Below are positions 59,012 through 64,000 of a DNA stretch of 64,000 nucleotides, in pieces. The stretch comes from a virus (taxonomy: Duplodnaviria; Caudoviricetes). The translations under genes were made by a program, and so were the position numbers. Within the stretch, counting starts at the first letter, position 1. Every line of letters starts with the position of its first letter. Under the pieces are notes generated by a model, which saw nothing but the letters and a program-made list of their open reading frames with translations, ran no database searches and was not told the origin of the DNA. The stretch covers positions 1 to 64,000 of IMG/VR virus record IMGVR_UViG_2905444465_000001, one strand, 5' to 3'.

Positions 59012-59977
59012 CTACCTTTCTTTCGCTCTGCTTCTATGATTTTTCTGCAATTCTTCCAACACTTCGGGCGGTATTTTTGACAGCAGCCGCCCCATCTGCT
59101 CGTTGGTTCTCTGCAATTCAAATATCTTCTGATTCGCTTTCTGCACCTTTAGTTCCTGCTCGTACTTTTCATCACGCATACGCCCCGCATAGTCTGATTC
59201 CTGCCCAATTCTCTCTTTCAAACTGTCGATATACGCCTGCTGTTTCCCGATTTCCTTAGAGAATTTCTCCACGTCTGGCAGCCATGCAGAGAGTAAATCT
59301 AACGCTTTATCCCTTTTCTTCCCTGCGTTAAAGGCGTTGATGTCGGATAGGGCAGACACGATTTCTTCATACTGTTTATCAAGCCTGCCGCCTAATTTAT
59401 AGAGCCATGTGGGGACGTGTTTCCGCTTGGTTTCCATTGAGGACTGCCCCCGTTCAAGCTGATTCCACCGTGAGGACATCCGCTCATGGTAGGCGGTCTG
59501 CCACTCGGATAATGATTTCTGGTTGCCTAAGATAGCTTTCGCTGACAGCTTATTGTCTGGCGTAATCGGCACAAAGCAGAGGTGCATATGGGGCGTTCTC
59601 TCGTCCATATGGACGACAGCGGAGAGGATATTCTGCTTTCCAACACGCTCCGAAATGAAGTCAAGAGCCGTCTGGAAATACGCTTTTTGTTCTTCGGGCG
59701 GTAACTGGTTCATAAATTCTGGTGAAGCTGTGATGAGCGTTTCCACCATCATCACGCTGTCTTTCCTTGTCCTGCACCCCGCTTCGGCTACCATGCGGTT
59801 AATCTCTTTCTTGTAGGTGTACTTTGGTGGTGCTATGAGATGGTAATTGTTTTTAGAGCGTTCCATATCTATATCTGGGTTGCTTTTGTAGGCTTCTTTC
59901 TTCCGCTCGTTGTGGCGTTCACAAGCCGCAACGCCGCCCGCTTTTCGTTTCTGGAAACGCAGGATTGCATAAGGCAT
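59012..59977 (-). CDS. mobV: MobV/Pre plasmid recombination relaxase
   Basis: HNER...SNPDIDMERS.NNY, VHMDERTPHMH; start MPYAIL follows AAGGAGG. Confidence 0.92.
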   Translation of the reverse strand: MPYAILRFQKRKAGGVAACERHNERKKEAYKSNPDIDMERSKNNYHLIAPPKYTYKKEINRMVAEAGCRTRKDSVMMVETLITASPEFMNQLPPEEQKAYFQTALDFISERVGKQNILSAVVHMDERTPHMHLCFVPITPDNKLSAKAILGNQKSLSEWQTAYHERMSSRWNQLERGQSSMETKRKHVPTWLYKLGGRLDKQYEEIVSALSDINAFNAGKKRDKALDLLSAWLPDVEKFSKEIGKQQAYIDSLKERIGQESDYAGRMRDEKYEQELKVQKANQKIFELQRTNEQMGRLLSKIPPEVLEELQKNHRSRAKER

Positions 59978-60019
59978 AGGCGGATTCCTCCTTTCTTTCG
60001 GCGGGTGACCGTCCTTTGG

Positions 60020-60561
60020 GGTGACAGCGGTGACGGTGGTGACAGCAGTTTTGGGATACCCCCTGCCGACTGCCGCAACTGTCACCCTCACCCCCTGCAT
60101 GACGGTCATGTCGATGATGACGGTGTTTTTGGGATACCCCCCTCGCAAGAGCCGTCACCGTCATGCCGCCATTCTTTTATCCGAAGCCGTAAGGCGTAGG
60201 ATAGCAGGGCACAGCCCTGCCTTAAGGGAGTCCAGAGGGAACGTCTGGCACACGACTTTGCAGGGCAAAGTGTAGTGTGTTACACCCTGTAAACGCAGTC
60301 GGAAAAATCGGAATGATTTTTCTGACCGCAGGGGTGGTTTTACACGACCGAAAAGGGCGAGTAAATCTCACGCCTGCATTTTGCGTTTACGGGGTGTTCT
60401 CCCGTAGGGATGACAGCGGCAGGGTATCCTAAAATCACTGTCACCACCGTCACTGCTGTCACCCGCAGGGCAGAGCCGCCAGCTTTACATGGCTTTAAGC
60501 GTCAATGACAGTAACAGGGGGGTATCCTAATATCGCTGTCACCACCATCACCGCTGTCACC
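60020..60561. repeat. Four ~44-bp iteron-like repeats, two direct and two inverted
   Basis: Consensus GGTGACAGCGGTGACGGTGGTGACAGC-N-TTTTRGGATACCC at 60020-60063, 60099-60142 (degenerate), 60421-60463 (inverted) and 60518-60561 (inverted). Confidence 0.8.
60249..60285 (+). promoter_or_regulatory. MOB_V-type oriT (RSA-like)
   Basis: CACACGACTTTG-CAGGGC-AAAGTGTAGTGTG/TTACAC resembles the pMV158 nic region AAAGTATAGTGTG/TTATAC; about 270 bp upstream of mobV. Confidence 0.7.
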
Positions 60562-61527
60562 CGCCCTCCTTGCAAGGGCAATCCGCCTGCCGTCTTTCCT
60601 GCGGCTGTACTGGTAGCAGATACGGTTCTCGCTTAAAAATGTGGTGCGGTATTCATTCAGCCATTTCGTAATCACCGTGGGTATGGTTTCCGTTTCCCCC
60701 ATAGCGGCTAACAGTTCCGTTGCCGTGCCTATCCATTCTTCCTTATCCCTCATAAAATCCACCAACCGAAAAAGGACATCTGGTATCGTTTCTTTCGCAA
60801 GCTGCTCCTGCGTTTTCCGCTCCACAAGCTCCCAACGGCAATCACGGAAACGCAGCGTGTATTCCTGATAAGGCGTGTCCCTGCCCGTCACATACAGCTT
60901 GGCGGTGTCAGACGCACGTTTCTCCTTTTCCAGAACAAAGGTAGCGTCCGCACTCCCCGTTAATCCTGTCGTCCCAGACACCTTGTTGAACACGTCGCTG
61001 TCATTCTGCTTTCGGATGTGGTGTACGACAATGACCGCCAGAGAGTGCCTGTCGGCAAAGTCTTTGATGAGGGAGATGTCCCCATAGTCGCTTGCATAGG
61101 CATTGTCTTTTGAAGCTGTACGGACTTTCTGCAAGGTATCAATGACAATGAGCCTGCTGTCTGGGTAATCTTTCAGATAATCTTCAAGCTGCACGATAAG
61201 ACCGTCTGACAGCTTGCAGCTTGCCACGGCAAAGTGGAGCCGCCCGCTTGCTTCGTCCGTCAAACGAAATAACCTGTCCTGTATGCGGCAGAACGTGTCC
61301 TCAAGGCAGAGGTAAAGCACATCGCCCTCCATTGTCGGCATATCCCATAAAGGGATTCCCTGCGACACGCATAAGCATAGCTTCAGCATGAGCCAGCTTT
61401 TGCCTATCTTCTGTGAGCCGCAGAACAGCGATAAGCCTGTCGGGATAAGGCTGTCCACCACAAAGGATGGTTTCTCAAGCGGTTCATAAAGGAGCGTTTC
61501 GGCGTTGACTGTCTGTAACTTCTGCAT
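60502..61527 (-). CDS. AAA_25/RepA-like replicative helicase
   Basis: GSQKIGKS Walker A, LYLCLED, IVIDTLQ, VVHHIRK, SGTTGLTG. Confidence 0.85.
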   Translation of the reverse strand: MQKLQTVNAETLLYEPLEKPSFVVDSLIPTGLSLFCGSQKIGKSWLMLKLCLCVSQGIPLWDMPTMEGDVLYLCLEDTFCRIQDRLFRLTDEASGRLHFAVASCKLSDGLIVQLEDYLKDYPDSRLIVIDTLQKVRTASKDNAYASDYGDISLIKDFADRHSLAVIVVHHIRKQNDSDVFNKVSGTTGLTGSADATFVLEKEKRASDTAKLYVTGRDTPYQEYTLRFRDCRWELVERKTQEQLAKETIPDVLFRLVDFMRDKEEWIGTATELLAAMGETETIPTVITKWLNEYRTTFLSENRICYQYSRRKDGRRIALARRAGDSGDGGDSDIRIPPCYCH

Positions 61528-61681
61528 GGCTTTCCTCCTTTCGGGCGGTGTCTTTGTTTTCGTTGCACATAGGCGTTGACCTCCTTAAAAATAGATTTAC
61601 TCCCACGGAAAAAAGTGAGAGTATGTAATGCCGCCAATCCCACACAAATAAAAAACAGATTTCTTTTTCGGGCGGTGTCGG

Positions 61682-62156
61682 TCACGGTTGGAGATATTTC
61701 TTCAATTTCCGCCTTTACTTTCTCCTTTGCAATCGCAACAGATTTCTGTATTGCCGAAGCGGTGCAATGCTCCATAGCGGCGATTTGGTAAAAATTGAAC
61801 TCATACTCGTAGTAGAGCAGGAAACGCCGCCTTTGTATCTCTGGAAGGCTCCCAACCGCCTTATAGAGCGTTTCATTCCGTTCTTCCTCAACCATGCGTT
61901 CATCAAGGCTCTTAGGCACACGCAACGCCCGTCTGTAAAGGGTTTCGTCCCATACCTCGTTAAACTCCCTGTGCCGCTCGTCCCATTAGAAAAGATTCCT
62001 GTTCCTGCGCTCCATCTGCCGAAACTCCATAAAGAACTGTTCCGACACTTCCAACTCGTGGGATTTGCCCTGCCCGTCCTTAAAGCTGATAAAATACCTT
62101 GTGCCGCTTTCCGTGGATTCCTCCCGAAGCGTGTATGCCTTAACCCTGTATGCCAT
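61682..62156 (-). pseudogene. Sigma-70 region 4-like gene with a nonsense codon and a 3' frameshift
   Basis: MAYRVKAY...RNLF*WDERH continues in frame to LPEIQRRRFLLYY...EHCTASAI; TAA at 61986-61988; an extra T near the end removes the expected ..MKKYLQP*. Confidence 0.7.
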
Positions 62157-62239
62157 CCTGTTGTCCTCCTGCAAAAAATGAGTGAGGGGATTTCCATCCC
62201 TCACCCAGTAGCCCGCAGGATGGCAGGCTGTTTTAGAAG

Positions 62240-62665
62240 CTATAAAATTTTCCGCAGCTTCTTCCGCAGATGGTCTAACCTCGCATAGATGGCACCAGTC
62301 GTCAAATGCACAAGCGGGGCAATCTCCTTTGTGGAATACCCCTGCATTTTCAGCAGGACGATTTTCAAGGTACGCCCGTCCACCGTGACTAATACTTGAT
62401 AGAGATTTTCGCTCTCAATCTCTTCCAGTAACTCCGCAACCGTACCCACTTCCGCCTGCCGCTCCCTGCCTGCCATGTCCTCAAGATATTCCGCAACGTC
62501 ATTCGTCCATCGGTAAAACCGCCTGTTGGAATTGAAGTCTGCCCTGTCCGCCATGCGTATCTGCTCAATGGTCGCTTCATCAACGCCGCACTCACGCAGC
62601 AGCTTTTCCTCCGCTTCTTTCCAGATACGCCATTTCCTGTCCTCCCGTCCGTGGTTGTATGCCAT
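62240..62665 (-). CDS. Sigma-70 region 4-like regulator
   Basis: MAYNHGREDRKW...QGYSTKEIA; paralog of 34040-34468. Confidence 0.8.
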   Translation of the reverse strand: MAYNHGREDRKWRIWKEAEEKLLRECGVDEATIEQIRMADRADFNSNRRFYRWTNDVAEYLEDMAGRERQAEVGTVAELLEEIESENLYQVLVTVDGRTLKIVLLKMQGYSTKEIAPLVHLTTGAIYARLDHLRKKLRKIL

Positions 62666-62759
62666 TCTTACTTCCTCCAATCAGAATTGATTGAGAGGGC
62701 AGAGAAAAGCCCCCTCATCTTCCCAAAGGAAAAAACAAGGGGGCTGAACGCCTTAAATT

Positions 62760-63272
62760 TTAATTTTCTATTATCTTTCTTAGTTTTATTAGGATTCTGG
62801 CTTTGCGTTTGTTTACAACGCTCTGGGTTATGCCCAACCTCGCCCCGACTTCACGCTCGGAAAGTCCGTCAAAAAAGATTGCCTGTATCAGCTCCTGTTC
62901 ACTATCCGACAGCAAAGGCAGGGCGGCTTTCAGCCTGTCCACCATGACCGCATTGACAACGGTTTCTGCAATGTCCACCGCTTCATCAGTGATAAAGTCC
63001 AGAGGATTCCCCTCGCTGTCCGTAAATCCGTCGAGAGATAGCAGTCTATTCTTTGTATCTAATTTTTGCAGATAACGCCACCGTTCCTTGTCACGGTAGA
63101 AGTCTGTGTATTGCTCCCTCACGACTTCAAGCAGACAGCCTTGAATGGGGATAAACAGCTTGTCCATATAGGTCTGGTCGGATTCCCTGCAACGGCAGAA
63201 CTCCGTGTAGGATAATTCCACATAGCCGCCACTTTCTCTGATATATACCTTTCTTGGTGCATATTTCACCAT
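62760..63272 (-). CDS. Sigma-70 region 4-like regulator
   Basis: LSDSEQELIQAIFFDGLSEREVGARLGITQSVVNKRK; start MVKYAP follows GGAGGT. Confidence 0.82.
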   Translation of the reverse strand: MVKYAPRKVYIRESGGYVELSYTEFCRCRESDQTYMDKLFIPIQGCLLEVVREQYTDFYRDKERWRYLQKLDTKNRLLSLDGFTDSEGNPLDFITDEAVDIAETVVNAVMVDRLKAALPLLSDSEQELIQAIFFDGLSEREVGARLGITQSVVNKRKARILIKLRKIIEN

Positions 63273-63819
63273 AAATACCTCCCATCTGAATTTTTGAAAT
63301 GTAAAAAATCCAGATGGAGAGGCGGAGAACGACACCGCATATCAGAAACAGCCCTACGGCACTTTCCAACAAAAATCGACAAAAGAAAAACCGCAAAGGC
63401 TCTGTGACCTTTACGGTTATAGGAAATAGTAATTCTATTGTATGGAGATTGTACTTCTACTTTCAAGGTGAGAAGTACCGTTGCACTGGCAGAAATTTTT
63501 TTAACTGGTTTCCTGCCGTTCTCTGATATGCTATGTATTGATAAATTTTGCTTCGTATGAGCAGATAGATAACTGCCCGAAAAAAGGACATAAAAAAATC
63601 CCTCCAAATTTAAAAACAAATTCAGAGGGTAATTTAGGGTATAACAAAATAACCCACCCGAATATCGTTTTTTTTATTTGGTGAGTTTGTTCTTTCAAAT
63701 ACGAAACAAATGCTCATGTACGGTAAAGTATCACAAGAAAATTATGTCGAATTGACAGCCGCCTCCGCTATACCGAATAAGGAAATAAAGAGTCCTCAAA
63801 TTTTGCGCTACTAAATGAA

Positions 63820-63847
63820 GACGAGCGGAAGTAATCTCCCGCTCGTC
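63820..63847 (-). terminator. Hairpin after the tet efflux gene
   Basis: GACGAGCGG...CCGCTCGTC. Confidence 0.55.
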
Positions 63848-63868
63848 AGTAAACTTAACTATGCCATA

Positions 63869-64000
63869 TCAATCCCGCTTCTTTCCCGCCACCGGCACTA
63901 AGAACAGCGCGGGCAACAGCAGGAAAGCGGTACAGACCAGCCCCCAGGGTATGGACACCTGCTGGGCTACCAGCCCCACAATAGGCCCGCCGATGATCTG
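63869..64000 (-). CDS. tet(40): 3' end of an MFS tetracycline efflux pump, probably Tet(40) (TetA(P)-related); partial
   Basis: 44 codons: QIIGGPIVGLVAQQVSIPWGLVCTAFLLLPALFLVPVAGKKRD*, matching my recollection of the Tet(40) C-terminus; GC-rich relative to its flank. Confidence 0.65.
   Translation of the reverse strand, partial: QIIGGPIVGLVAQQVSIPWGLVCTAFLLLPALFLVPVAGKKRD

Larger units (their letters stand above)
31143..64000. mobile_element. Integrative conjugative element (Tn1549/CTn-like conjugation module, serine integrase, rlmD target), right end outside window
   Basis: Integrase at att; VirB4, VirD4, VirB6-like, PrgI, CHAP hydrolase, MOB_P relaxase, MobC and SNF2-type helicase. Confidence 0.9.
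55707..64000. mobile_element. Integrative mobilisable element inserted in the SNF2 helicase gene (right end outside window)
   Basis: Recombinase at the junction, ParB, MobV and oriT, AAA helicase, sigma-like genes, tet efflux gene. Confidence 0.85.

Noticed and set aside
59978-60148. N-terminal extension of MobV with VTAVT repeats
   Set aside because: It is translation of the iteron repeats; a strong RBS supports the start at 59977.
60020-60561. CRISPR array
   Set aside because: There are only four repeats, in mixed orientation and irregular spacing, with no cas genes. They fit iterons near a relaxase and helicase.

Overview
This 64-kb window looks like DNA from a gut Firmicute (Clostridiales/Lachnospiraceae-like; inferred from gene content). 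Most of it is mobile DNA stacked at the 3' end of rlmD (rumA, 23S rRNA m5U methyltransferase). (1) 1-5100: minus-strand envelope-stress/resistance-type block with an ECF sigma factor, membrane protein, ABC ATPase and permease, VanY-like D,D-carboxypeptidase and a TipA/Mta-type MerR regulator. (2) About 5453-31142: a 25.7-kb island bounded by an 11-bp direct repeat (ACCGTCTCAAC) in rlmD-like sequence. It is a gutted prophage of the phi-m46.1-like, three-serine-recombinase type. Two large deletions are readable at base level (DNA polymerase start to mid-terminase; portal 5' end fused in-frame to a recombinase C-terminus). It keeps an intact defence operon: HTH, HsdM/S/R, an 851-aa double-metalloprotease/HTH fusion, a GmrSD-like relic, multi-domain McrB, McrC and RhuM. 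It also carries a RelB/ParE-type TA pair and a Panacea-domain pair. (3) 31143 to the window end: a Tn1549/CTn-like ICE at the same att core, with a serine integrase, solo MazF, TCS-ABC cargo, type IV secretion genes, MOB_P relaxase and a repeat-flanked proteasome-beta-like gene. (4) About 55707 to the window end: a mobilisable element (serine recombinase, ParB, MobV, AAA helicase, sigma-like genes, probable tet(40)) inserted into the ICE's SNF2-type helicase gene. I found no rRNA, tRNA, CRISPR array or IS transposase. All family calls come from motif recognition, not database searches.
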